Shown: in pieces, positions 38,443-51,700 of the stretch
Layout of the letters: the number at the start of each line of letters is the position of its first letter
Numbering within the stretch: the first letter of the stretch is position 1
Source of the DNA: Klebsormidium nitens
Taxonomy: Eukaryota > Plantae > Klebsormidiophyceae
Direction: 5' to 3'
Assembly: GCA_000708835.1 (NCBI GenBank)
Contig: DF237479.1
Span: 115 to 64,114 of the forward strand
Length of the DNA: 64,000 bases
Notes under the pieces: model-generated
Databases searched by the model: none
Seen by the model: the letters and a program-made list of their open reading frames with translations, nothing else
What the model was told of the DNA's origin: nothing
Program-made: the position numbers and the translations under genes

Positions 38443-41400
38443 TCAACTCAGTGCCGCGACTTCTCCCAAGCCCTCTCCGGCATAGCTCACTAGCGGTGGG
38501 ATCTCTCCATGCGCGATTACGTCCGGCTCCGAACTTTCCGACTCTTTCTCGGGCGCCCCATCCTTTTTCTTTTTCTTCTCCTTCTTTTCCTTCCCCTTCT
38601 CTTTCTTCTCCTTCCCTTTCCCTTCCTTCTCTTTCTCTTTCTTCCCCTTCTTATCCTTTTTACTTTCCTTCCCTTCCTTCGCCTCTTCCTCGACTCCATC
38701 CGACTCTAAACCGACGGCCGATAGCAGCCGCTTATGATACGCCAGCACCATGTCACGTGCCGTTGCCGGACTGTCCGGCACTCCCTCCCCGGACGCGTTT
38801 TTGATGGGCGCAAACTCCTCCCCCCTCTCCACCTCCAAAACCGCCACTTTCTCCTCCGGGCAGAACTTGAACGCGTCGAAAATGAACCGCTCTAGTTTGA
38901 TCCCGTTCGGCGCGTACGGTTCCACCTCCCGCCACCCCGCGCCTTCTTTGACCACGTGCTTGATCTTCTTTTTCGCTAAGTGGAACGGCAGGCTCAAATC
39001 ATCTCCCCCACCCAGCCGCGACAAAAACTCCGTCGAAAACATATTCACACAGATGTGGGCCGCCCGGAACTGGAGCTCCCCGGGCGTGTTTACACCGTCC
39101 GTGGTGCTAGGTGGGTCCCTGGCGTGAATAAGCTCTTTGGGCAGTTCGCTGTACTCTAAGACGCCGTAGTAGCGACGCCCGGAAGTGCTGGCGCTCTCGT
39201 TCCCCCTTTCGGGGCTTGCTTCCTTTTCTTCTTCGTCGGGCTTCTCTGTATCGTCCAGGAAAAAGTCTTCGTCGGCGTCACCGTATTCGTCATCTGCGCA
39301 AGAAAGGCGAGCGGTTACGACATTACGAGTAGCCAGAAGGAGGGAAAATGCGGAATGTGATCTTGAGTTGGGGTGCGTCCTTTTCCTTAACGGGGTTCTC
39401 TTCTAAACTTGAGAGGCTTGTTGTCTCCAACTCGTTATCCGCGCAGCACTTAAAGCACGACTCAGGAAGGAGCGACTGAAAGAAACGTTGACATCCGAGG
39501 TTGCTTCTTCTCGGGAAATCTGCGCTGGGTTTGTTTTCAAAGGGCAGCCCAAGAGCAGAGTTGTGGAGGCGGAAGGGTTAAGAATGAGTGAAGGAGTCAT
39601 AGCGTGGTCCGTTGCTCTTCAGAGTCAGTAAAATTGGATCCATTTCTCTCTTTTTCGCATATTCGAATGGTTGCAGCCTATGTGAAATAAGACCTTTCCC
39701 TGCTGAACGACTCAGATCATCATTCCATACCTTTATTTCAAAAAAATAAACTTCCCGTTCTAATCGTACTGTTCATCCTTGCGAATTGGCAGATTGGTCA
39801 CGACTCCGCCCCACGACTCCGTCCCATGGATAAGCGGCAACAAGCACAATCAGATCAAAACCCAAGCAGCGCCTGACCGGTCAGACTGGAAGCGATCGAG
39901 GCCTTTCTTTCATCTTCCGCAGCCACTCTCAACCGCGCCGGACAGAGGGCAGAGAAAGATGAACAAAGAGGACGCAAAGGGAAGGGGAGAAAGATAAGAA
40001 ACAGGAGAGGGGGTAACAAGTAGGCGCCAACACTCACCCCCTTCAAATTCGTCCTCATACCACTCCCCAAACTCGTCATCCCAAAATTCGTCCTCTCCAA
40101 AGTCCTCCTCATCTTCCAAACCCCCCGCCGCGATCTCCTCCTCCATTTTCAGCATTTCCTTCCGCGCTTCCCGTTCGCTCATTCCGGTCGCCGCCATTAT
40201 CCTCTCCACGAGTTCCTTCTCAACGGCCTCACTAGAGCTTCCCGCCTCCTGCCCACCGGCAGGCTCCGGTTCAGACTCTATAGACTTCCCGCCCTCCTCT
40301 TTCAAGCAAACCACCCCAACCGACTCCTCCGGATATTTTTTCGCCACCACTTTGATGCCCACATCCACTTTCCGTTCCGCACAGTAACCATAAAAAACCG
40401 GGTCAGCGACCTTAACCAGCGCATTATCCACCGCATACGCCTGCACGTACTTCACCCCCCTGTTTCGCAGCCATTCCAACCCCCCCGAAGCGTGCAGCGC
40501 CTCAAAGACGCCGCCGTTCCCGTCCGGAGACCGCGCGACTTTCCAGGGGGTGTCTAGCAGAATTGGGTTCCCGCTTTTGAGCGAGACGCACGGCATGTTT
40601 CCCTGTTTGACGAAAAGTATCTGCGAGGGGTCTAACCCGAAATGGGCCTTCTCCTCAAAAAACTGACGCGTGGCGGCGTCGGTGGCGTCGCTCGTCATGA
40701 TGAGCCACGGGATGGGAGGGACGGTGCTGACGTCGCCCTCCGTGCTCTGCAAAGAAGGGAGAGGCGTCAGCGATTGGGGTATCAAGGCGGAGAACGCACT
40801 CTCCTTGGGCTCTACTCGTATATTGTTTTCTGGGTGCAAAATATCTCCGTGCCGTCTCGAGGTGGAGAGGACAGTCATGTTGGAGAACAAGCTAGAAAAG
40901 ACCGGCTGCAAAAAATGAGTAAGGCACGCAGAGCATGCAGAACGAGGCCTGCACTTGGCATACGAAAAGACGGGGCTAATCCAAGGCCGTGCCGGAGGCT
41001 GTTTTATTGCTGGTAGCTAGAACCGTGGGCCCGGCGAAGACATTCTACACGCGCATAGTAAAGACACGACGACAAAGGCAGGGAAAGGGGGACGTCACCG
41101 AAATCACCCCCAAAAACGAAACCCCAAACCAACGAACAAGAGTAAGCAAGCGGTCGTTTGCGCACCTGCTTCGCTAGCTCCTGCACTTTCCGGAGGCGCT
41201 CCGCTTGCAGCTGGAACAGGCTCTTCCCGCTCGGCAGGCCAATGTCCAGCATGCCCTTGGCGGGCGGCGCCTGGGGGCCCAGCCGAGTGCCTGCGGGTGA
41301 CGTCACCAGGTGACGGTAGCAGTAGGATCGGTTTGCCGGTTAGAGGTTCACGCCGGTCCCCGACCAAAGTCCATACTAGCAAGGATGTTGGCACTTCTCC

Positions 41401-44400
41401 TGAATTCAAGGCATTCGGAAGGGCCTGGTTCTGAGGTACGAACGAAAGCAGGGTTTAGAAGCTGCACACTTGCTGTGCGATTATCCTCCTCAATGGACAA
41501 CGTGAGTTTCAGCTGTCGCCCGATGCGGATCAAACGGAAGAGGTTCCGGGCACTTCCACGGCAATTGTAAAGTCACTGCGGCTGACATGGGCTGACGTTC
41601 CCTTCCGTGAACACAAATCTGTGCTTCTGGATGAGCAGGATAAGTTCCCACCTTGTCCCCCAGCCAGGACCATAGCAGCCACTTCTCCTCTCGCCACCAT
41701 TCGCAGACCTTCTTGCCACCAGCGGAGCGTGGCCTCCGCGTTCTGATCCGTTTCCGTTGGCTCTTCCAGCGGGCTTCCGGCCGGATCGAGCCCCCGCTCG
41801 CCCCAGATGGCCTTTGGGAAGGGCGGCGGCGGGTACGGTTTGACGGGTGCGGCGGCGGAGAGGCTTTGGGCGGACGTTATAGCGGCTCGAAGGCTCTGGA
41901 GGTTGAGGCTCTTAAGGTCCTGCGTTTGGAGAGGAACACGTCACGTTTTGAGCTTGGAGGATTTATTTGGCACTTTAAGACTGAAAAGGAGACTCCCAAT
42001 TGGGGACTGCGTACAAAGGTTCCGCAAGGCAAGACGGACGCTTGGAATGCTGGCCGAACTGCACAACCGTTTATGGAATTCTCATTGTTCGCTTCCTGAT
42101 AAGTCTCCGTCTGTCCGGTGATCCGCTTGCCTTGTTCAGAAACCAGACTAGGCATCGACTCGACCAAGCTCTAAATTGACCGCGAATAGGTTCTCATAGT
42201 TCCGCAAAAAGTTCCCAGAAGTATTCTAGTCCACCCGAACCCCCCAAAATGGTAAGTTCGTGATTCAAACTCCCACCTCAAGCAGCGCCTCCCGCTCCTG
42301 TTCCCCCCCCTCGTACAGCCCCGCAAACAGGTGCTCCTGGCCCTCCCGCGTGAACTGTTTCCTCATCTTGCCGATTACGCGCTTTCGCCGGATCTGCGCG
42401 AGCAGCTTCTCGCGACGTTCCTCGGCGGGCGAAGGCCCCAGCTTAATGTTGAGATCGAGGAGGCCTTTTGGGGGGGTCAGCTGGATGCGGCGAGAGGCCA
42501 TGTCGACGACTGGAACGATCTCTTCGACGAAGGGGACCCAGGAGTGGAAGACCTTGCCACTATCTGCACAAAGGGAGCGAACAGGGTTGAAAATCCGGTT
42601 GAAGTCTGCAAAGCCACAATTCGAGATGCTTCTGAGGGGAGTGAGCTGGATGCGGTGAGAGGCCTGTCGAGGACAGCCGGGACGATTTCTTCTACGAGAA
42701 GTATTGAGAGTGGAAGACCCTTGCCGATGTCCGCTTAGGAGGAGGCGGAGGGTTTGAATCACTTGCTGGCTCTGCGGAGCCATGATTTGAGAAGAGCGTT
42801 CAGGGCTTCTTTTCCATAATTCTTTTTGCAACGAAGTGAGTTGTGAGCATTTCTTATGTTGTCTAACTTGGTTGAAGCCGATAAGAGGCGTCCAACACTG
42901 ATATGACATGGTGAAGCAGGCCAAACCAACGTTTGTTGTGGACTGAGAGAACCATCTCAAGGGATCTTCATTCCCTCCGTCAACGACCCGATAAGTGTCC
43001 GTTTAATCAAAAGGTTTGGACAGGGCCTCAGACCTTCAACCCGGGCACGCCAACAAGGCTGGGATTGGAGAATCCCTTTCCAATTTCCTGAACAATTCCT
43101 ACAAATGTCTGTCAATTCACCGTGTCCAACTTTCCGTAGCATTTGCCATAGAGCATCCCAAAACAAAGCAGCCAAGATTAAAAGAACACTTAAGACCCCT
43201 CAACTCACTGTTTTGCGCAATTCGAGCAGGTTGCACCCCGCCGCAGGATTATCTTACACGTATTCTAACCGTGGTGCAATATGAAGATTTTGACGCCCTG
43301 CGGCTTACCTGCCGCCTTCAAGTCTGTCCTGCGCACTTTGAGCAGGTCCCGGGCCCCAACCGAGTACACATCGTCCACGATCCCGACAATCTCGCCGGTC
43401 TCTTTCAGCACCACCTCGACCCCCACCAAGTCCCGCGTGTAAAACTCGTCCTCCTGCAGTTGCGGGCGGTCGTCTGCCAGCGCCAGGAGAGAGCAGCCCT
43501 GGTAGGTTGCGGCATCTTCAGGGGTGTCGATGCCCTTGAATCTGGGGGGGATAACATGTTGCAATCTGAAGAGAGCAAGTGATATGACACTGAAGAAGAG
43601 GTAATTTAGTAGGACGGTTTGAAGGGTGCCAGCAGAGAGCAGGCCCCGTAGGTTGCGGCGTCTTTGGGGGTGTCGATGCCCTTGAATCTGAGTGGAGAAG
43701 GATTGCATGTAGATATCAGAAGAGCACTTGGTGCAATGACACAGTGGTGAAACGAACGAGGTTACAAGGACACTTTGAAAGGCGCCAGTACTGGTAGGTT
43801 GCAGCATCATCGGGGGTGTTGATGCTCTTGCGTCTGGGCGGGAAAGAGGCATTGCTGATGTATTTGGTGTGCAATCGCTAGTGGGAAACGACTACGTTAC
43901 AAGGACCGTTCCATGGGAGAAAGTAAGCAGCCGCTCTGATAGATTGCTTAATATTCCAGGGGTGTCCATGACCTTGAATCTGGAGGAGACGCATTTTTTT
44001 ATCAGCAGAACAACTAATGGCAAGAACACGCGATGGAAATAACGGTTCTGAGGACAGTTTGAAGGGCGCCAGCAGAGAGCAGCCATGATAGGTTGCGGCG
44101 TCTGCAGGGGTGTCGATGCCCTTGGAACCAGGGGGGAGATACAGATTTGCAACTATTGAAGAGAGCAAATGATATGCGACTGGAGAAGAGGTGAAAGTAG
44201 CAAAGTTACAAGGACACTCGGAAGGGTCCCAGCAGAGAGCAGCCCCGATAGGTTGCGGCGTCCTCAGGGCGTCAATGCCCCTGAGTCTGAGTGAAGAAAC
44301 GCTTCTATCAACAAGTTGGATTCATAAAGCGCTTTGCATGCAATGGAAGAGTGGTGTACGACACCGAGTTACGCGGACAGTGTGAAGGTGGTGCGCTTGG

Positions 44401-45262
44401 GGCGGTCTTTCCGTTGAAACTTTCCCTGAAAGTGTCCAGACAGCAGACACGACAAATCTTGTATTTCAGGAAAATCCAAGCCGGGGGCAGGCGGCAGTAC
44501 TCGCTTGCAGAAGCTGTTCAGATGTGTGACCAACGTGCCGTCCAGTCGCCTGAATGGATGCATTTTCCAACCTCCTGACTTCCTTTTGTGCACCAAATGC
44601 ACAAGAAGCATTACCACCATTCCATCGCAAACCCAAACCATGGAATCACTGCACTGCCACCTTCCCCAAATTTGTGACTCTTACTTGAGCAAGATGGAGT
44701 CATCCTTGCCCTTCCTGGATGGCCCCCTCCTCCCCTTGAGCAGTTCCACTTCGATCAGCGCCTGCTGCCGCCTCCCTGGCCGGCGGAACCACCGCACCCC
44801 AGGAGTGCCAAACCTCTTCTTAGGGAAGTCGGTTAGCGACCGAATGACCACCTCTCCCTTAATTCCGTGCGTTCCAACCACCACACCAATCTCCACATAC
44901 TCGTCAGATGCGCCGTTTTCGTCGCTTGCCTCTTCGACAGCTGCATTGCTTTCAGGCCCTGCAACTTCCTCTTTTGCCAGTGCGCTGATCCTGTGGTATC
45001 TGCTGCGTGCTTGTTCGTAGAAGAACTTGCCGCACTTTCCAGCCAGTGGAGCCGTCTGACGAGGGAGAGAACTGCAAAGGCGGTGCCCTTCACCGCTCAG
45101 TATAATCCTCTTGGTGACGGAAGGATATTGGCGTAGTACATTCTGATCAGGGTGTGGTCCAAGTGCTTGAAAGCTGTCCTGTTGTTGTTTGCCAGGCAAT
45201 GTACGACCGCTCAGGAAACCCGTTCCTGCGCTAGTCAGTCCTGAGGCGTAACAGACCTCCAT
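38443..45262 (-). CDS. rimM: RimM/PRC-barrel 16S rRNA processing protein fused to a UDP-N-acetylglucosamine pyrophosphorylase domain, with a putative plastid transit peptide
   Basis: In-phase exons: 45262-44685 ([16 protein letters not shown]), 43541-43309 ([17 protein letters not shown]), 42563-42277 ([22 protein letters not shown]), 41919-41652 (MVLAGGQ), 41290-41166 ([19 protein letters not shown]), 40746-40038 (PDGNGG, VDNAL, ADP), 39293-38443 ([21 protein letters not shown]). No stop between the two domains. Confidence 0.88.
43490..44300 (-). repeat. Six-unit array of RimM exon-2 acceptor plus about 55 nt of exon start
   Basis: cag|ATTCAAGGGCATCGACACCCC..GCCGCAACCTAC at 43541 (real), 43687, 43833, 43979, ~44127 and 44286; spacing 146, 146, 146, ~148, ~158. 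Confidence 0.9.
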
Positions 45263-45711
45263 TGCGCCTCCACCGTGCTTCCAATGAAGCTAAAGCGTTT
45301 CTGATCTCCAACTCACGATCAGCGGCTGGTGGCCGCCTTCTCCATGATCGCCAATGCCACCATTTTCTGCCACCATTGGATTCGAATGCTCAGCACCATG
45401 CATGAGATTGCTCTGGCACTTCACCTTGAAAATGCGCGAGCGCGCGCTCTCTGCCGGAGCCTGAATTACATAATATTAGGGTTTCCAAGGCCCAGCGCTG
45501 CCAAAACCTAAAACCACAAGGCCAAAGCTCTGGCGCAGCGAGCCTGAGAGTTATCTCCGAGTCTCGCTATTGATTCCTTTGTCTTTCAAGAGGCACTTCT
45601 TCCCTTGCTTTGCTACATAAAACAATGAGTAGTGAATAGCTTCCCTCCTGTAAACACTAAGCAAACCTTGTGTGGAGGGAAGTCAATCAGGTTCCAGCTC
45701 CTTCGAAGAAA

Positions 45712-48700
45712 ATGCACGGGAGAAGGGGCTCTTTCAAACTTCTGCCGGCAGACAGCGCGGGGGATGATGACCTGGCGGAAGCGCAGGTGGGAGCTCCATT
45801 CATCAGCAGAACGGACCCCCCTGGACCAATCAAGCGGCCTCGCAGGTCTTCCCTAATCTCGGATGCTGACACAGTTTCTCAATCAGGACATCAAACTTCC
45901 GGAGAGCCAGGGGCAGGGTTTTTGCTGCCAAAAGGGCGCCAGAGAAAGCGGCACCGGCAAAAAGGGAGGTTGAGCTATGCAGGTGCTGACGTTGATGGAG
46001 GAACCCTTGAAGGAACAGAAGAAAGAACAGCGAATGGAGGCGCTTTTGAAGAAGAGGTGGTCGGTGGTCCTGGCGAAGATTTCAAGGTTTCTAGTTCCAG
46101 CGAAGGGCCCGCCAAGAAAGTCGAGACGACATTGGAAGACCTCACCCCTCAGAGCGTTCTGGAGTTGACCTCTGATTCGAAAGGCCTTTCCCAAGAAAAG
46201 GGCGACCCACGCACTGAAAAGAGCGGGGTTTCCCAGGCTGAGTCGAACGGGGGTGTTCACACTGATCCGTACCACCCTGGTGGAGGAGAGGGTGTAAATT
46301 GGCCCGGTGTTCAGGGGTTTGCAGTGCCTGGGCTTGAATTGCCGTCCAGTCCCATCTACGACGATGAAGTAACCCATGCTCTAGTGCCAAATAAGCCCCG
46401 CTTGAGCAGGGAACTGAGCATCGATCTGAGAACTGCCGCGGAGAAGGAAGAGGACGAACTAGAGGCGAGAGAAAGCTCGGACGCCCGGACGGTTGCTTCG
46501 GACCATGCGGACGAGCTAGAGCGGAGAGAAAACCCGTCCGAGCTGCAATCAGTGGTTTCGGACGAAGCGGTCGGACAGTCGTCGAGCGTTCTCCACAGCC
46601 CTGGAGATGTTCGCCAACGGAGCGGCACAGGTTCTCCAGAAGCGAGCACGTTGACATCAGCTGATGATGTCAGCGCTGAGTTGACGCCCGCAAAGGGGTC
46701 CTTAGTTCCGGTCTTTAGTTCTCCGCTGGGAACTAGACAGTCATCAGGGTTTGATCGGAGGGGGTATCCTTTGAATCGACATGGGAGCGTTGCGTCAACA
46801 CCGGACGGGCGGGGGGCTCCTACAAGCACTGTAACAACCCCCCGCAAGGGGTTCGATTCGCCGCAGTCATTTTTCGCGGCAAAGCAAGGTGGGTGTGGAA
46901 GGGCTGCCATTCTGAGTCACGTTCTTGTTGTGCGTACTCATACCTGAATCGAAGTCTCAGTCACTGGCGCCCGCTGCCGAATTGTGCCTCTGTAAAATTC
47001 TTTTCGTTAGCCTCTCTGTGTCTTAGCATTTGAAACCAAAGACGCTTCCGTGCGGGAAGGACGACACATTCCGGCCATTCAATGCAACCCTCCCAAATGA
47101 TTTTCTGCCACCTTTGAAGAAGAAAATTATCTATCCCGCACTGCAAAGATCACGGCGACTGACCTTCCTAGTCAGACTGATACGCTTCAGGAGGTTCTTA
47201 CTGTGCCCACATTTCCGGTTTGGGTTGTCAGGAAGGGGGTTGAGCTTTCGAAGCGTTTTATGATGTACTCTTTTCCTGCCAGAGTTGCTTCCTCCCATGG
47301 ATCTTTCTGTACGGGGCTATCTAGCGGGGGAGGTCGCGAGCGGGAGCACCCTCCGCAACTCGGCTCTTTCGGCAGGCGACGAACGGCGAGAGCGTGTTTA
47401 CAACACCATGTTCCACGTTCCGTGGAGAGTCGAACTGGTAAGTAAACGGTTCTTCCGGATGAGTCTTTCCGTCAGTGTCAGTCACTCGTTCGAGGCAGCC
47501 ATTTCTCGAGGGCCATTTTAGGCTACAAGCCGTCTGAATTGGACACCGATTGGTTGCACAGAATCGCCAGAGTTCGCCAAAGAAACACGGGAGTGCGAGT
47601 CGATTTTCCCGCGCATGTAGGGATACAGAATCCTTGGAGAAGTTGTCAAAACCTCCTACGAACTCGATCGAGGACAAGAATAAGAGCAAAACGCAACGAC
47701 TTGTTTCAGCAAGCATGTGTGAGTCGATCATGATCCTGGGAATCGACCGGTAACGAGGTTCGAATCTCGACTTCTTTCCGCACTTCCTCTGTGTCGTTTC
47801 CGTATTCTAACGTCTTCTAATTCTAACGTTTGCATCCTTCTCCGCAGCTGATTGACGTGGGCTTCCTCGTCTGCCTCGACTCCTTCCTCTCCCTCTTCAC
47901 CATCATGCCGTACCGTTTTGCGCTCTTCTTTTGGCGGCTGGCGTTTCGCTCGGGGTAGGGCCGGCTTTCTCTGAAGCCTTATCAATTTTCCTTGTCACCT
48001 TCTGGACACTCCCGTCGACTGCAATTTGACTCGTACTTCTTGAAACGAAGTCATAGAATCTTCTGCTTCGATTGGGCGCCTCGCATGCACAGGAACGGGA
48101 CTGGTTTTGCAGACCCCTTGACACTGCTGACTGAAGGCAGGGAAACATCACAACCGCGACCGATCCAAGTGCAGAGCTTTCCGCGACCAATTCAAGTGCA
48201 GAGCTTTCCGCGACCAAATCCAAGTGCAGAGCTTTCCGTCCTTTCCTTGCAAACCTCCTGGCAGAGCCGCTCTCGGCAGAAGTTCTCAACCCCATGGCTG
48301 CAGAATCCCGCCCTCGAATAAAAAGGCTCTTAAGCTCAACAAGCTCCGAAGGCTTTGTCTTATTCGTCTTCCTTCAGGCCTTGACGCCGATAATTCTCGT
48401 ACGTCGGTCTAACAGATACTGTTATTGCTGTAGGTTGAAGCGGCGGCCGCGCGTCGACGAGTTGTGCGACGCGGCGTGCATGGTGGTCCTTGCGGTTGGT
48501 ACTGTGGTGCTGCACTCGGTGGACATCAGCTTCATCTACCACTGGATCCGTGGGCAGGCGATCATCAAACTTTACGTCGTCTTCAACGTGCTCGAGGTAG
48601 GGGCTTCGCAAGGTCAAGCTTTTAGGACTATTAAGCTTCTGGTTTTATGTGATGTTCGAGTCTCTATCCTTCGATGCATGTGGTGAAGTATTGGCTTGAT

Positions 48701-51700
48701 CTACTACTGGATCCGGGGGCAGGCGATCATCAAACTTTACGTCGTCTTCAACGTGCTCGAGGTGAGGGTCTCAACGGTGCTTGAAAGATCAAGCTCTATC
48801 CTTGTGGCCAGATTGTGAGGAAGCATGAGTCGAATCTCAGTCGGTCGATGCATTCAGTGGATATCAGCTTCATTTACCATTGAAACCGGGGGCAAGCAAG
48901 TTTTACGCTGTAAGTTGTCTTGAACGTGCTCGAGGTAGGTATTTCGACATTTCAAGCTTTTAGGTTTTTGTTAACTTTTTACGTTCCTTGTCAAGTTTGA
49001 GTTATGCTTGGTCCATGCTTTTGGTGAACCGTCAGCTTTCCGGGGCGGCAACTAGGGTCACAGATTCGAGCAATGTTTTTGAGAACAACCGTTGTTTATC
49101 TAGCAATCGGCAACGTAGTTGATATGTTCGTTTGGTTTTCCAATAAGAGAACAGAAAGAGCTTTTCAAAAACATACTTGGTTCTCAATTTGACCCCCACC
49201 TCGAGATAATAAACATCAATAAACATGTTTAAAACATCAAAAACGGTTTGTACATATGGTCGGGCGAAGCCACGTTTTCTGGGGATCAATAAACATCAAA
49301 AACAAACATGTTCATGGTTTAAAAACTCGTTTAAAACATGTTTTTCGGGTTTAAAACGTGTTTTACGGGTTTATTTCCATGTTTTAAACAACCAAAAGCC
49401 ACGGTAGAATCCCAGCCGACCACATGTACGCTCAAAACATGAGTTGCCGCCCCCACTGGATCAGGGGGTAGGCAATCATCAAGCTTTACGTCGTTTTCAA
49501 CGTGTTTGAGGTAGGGGCCTTGAAGCTTCTGGGAGTTGTGTCGAGCTTTTAGGTCACTTGTCAAGCTCCTTGGTTCCGAGTCAAGCTTTTGAGTTTCGTG
49601 TCAGGCTTCAAGATTTTGTATTGGTTTTTAGGATCTCAACGCAGTGGGTCAAATCCCAGCTTCATTTACCACAGGGTTTGTGGTCCTTCGGCAACCCTCA
49701 AACTCTATACATGTTCACCGTGCTCGAGGTGGGGTCTCAAAGGTTCAATACTTTAAGGTTTCCCATCGGAATGTAGAACCTTTCTCAATCCAAGCATCTG
49801 GTCCAAAACCAGCTTCTGCTGCTTCTGTGTTCGGGGACGAACGGTCCCTGCGTACCAACCCCAGGGTTCCGAGACTTCAACTTCCTACCCGCTCAGAACG
49901 CTGAAAGTCGAAGACCCACTCATTGCAGATCATGGACAAGCTGCCGTAGTTGTTCAGCGCTGACGTCGTCCAAGTGCAGTTCAACACCGGGGGGCGCATT
50001 AACCCCACAATCTCGGAAACACCGAACTCCCATTCGCTCACCCCTTAATCTAGCCCAACCTCGAACCCGCCAAACCGTAAAACTGAGTTTCGCAAACCTA
50101 ATCTTTGCAGATCATGGACAAGCTGCTCCAGTCGTTTGGCGCTGCGTTTTAAGTGCTTTTGAAACGGCCAGCTGCGTCAGCCCCGATTTTAAACATCCCC
50201 ATCTATCCCTCAAGAATCCTGAAACCCTAGAGTCCCACAATTGTAGGACTGAAGTGTGCAAACTCTTGTTTGCAGATCATGAACAAGCTGCTCCAGTTGT
50301 TTGGCGCTGACGTGGTCCAGGTGTTGTTCAATGCAATCGGCCATTTCAGCTCCCAGATCTTTTTGATTAGAGAGCAAATTTGCATCGCTCGAAATCCTGA
50401 CTGCCGACAACCCCCCCATTGCAGATCATGGCCAAGTTGCTGCAGTCGTTTGGCGCTGACGTCCTTCAGGTGCTCTTTAAAACGTCACCCGCGTCAGCCC
50501 CAAAATCTGGGAGATATCAAACTTATCCCCGCTGAAGCCTAACTTCATAAAATAAAACCTCAAACCTTGAACTAAAATAATATTCTCTCTGAACCTGCTA
50601 TTTTCGCAGATCATGGACAAGCTGCTGCAGTCGTTCGGTGCTGACGTCCTCCAGGTGCTGTTCAACACGGCCGGCCGCGTCAGCCTGTGCAGCGCAGAGC
50701 GCCTCCCCGCCGAGACCGCGCGCCTGCTGCTGGACCAAGGCGTCGCGACCGCCTGCTATGATATCCTCCCTGCCACGTGGCAAGCTGTCGCGTCGCTTGA
50801 GTGATGCGTCGGCAAATCTTTCGGCAGGACAATTGCGGCAGCGTTTCAAGTGCTTCTGACGAAGCTTGCATGTGTGGATCCGACTGACGACTGCCGATAG
50901 CCCTCAGGAAAGTTCCGTCCCGTCTGTCCCGTAAGGTGTCCCGCAAGCGTCCTGTTGCGGCCCCCCAGAAGAGCTCTTGTATATTCTGGCCACTGATAAT
51001 GATATGTCGTGCCCATTCGATCTATGGGGTTCCCCGTTCCTCCCCGTTCCTTGTTTTGTTCCTCAACCCCACCGCACTGGTGCACGCGCTAACATCATGT
51101 CGCAGGCAGTGACGTTCTTAGCCTAGAAAGACTCCTCCCTGTTGCTCGTTCAGTTTTTCCGTCCCTACCCCAAGTCTTCCTCTTGGATATTCTGCCTTTC
51201 CTTGACTCCCGCCGCATTGGTGCAGTTGCCGATTATCATGTCACAAGCCGTTCTGCTCAACATAGCCCAGAAACGCTTTTTGAATTCCTTTCTCAATTTC
51301 TTCAAAGATTTCCGCACCCCTCCCCTGGTTTTCGTGCCCTTCCTTGAACCCCGCTGCACTGGTGCACTCGCTGTTGATCACATCCTAGGCGTTGAAGCTC
51401 AATCTAGCGCCCAAGAACACTCCTTTCTTCCCCATAAACCCATAACACAGTCCTTTTCTTCGCTCTCTTCTGCAATATCAAGGTTTTCATTCCTCCACAA
51501 AGACTCTCGTGCCGTTCCTTGACCCCCGCCGCACTGGTGCACTCGCTGATCATCATGTCGCAGGCGGTGACGCTGAACGTGGCCATCAACAGCCACAACA
51601 ACGCGCTGCTGACGCTGCTCATCTCCAACAACTTCGTCGAGATCAAGAGCAACGTCTTCAAGCGCCTCGGCAAGGAGAACCTCCACAAGCTCGCCTACCT

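Noticed and set aside
49040-49410. AT-rich insertion as a MITE
   Set aside because: Only a weak partial inverted match at the ends and no clear TSD; noted only as an interruption of the donor array.
43500-50700. CRISPR-like repeat-spacer arrays
   Set aside because: Units are degenerate copies of host exon junctions with related spacers; eukaryotic context and no cas genes.
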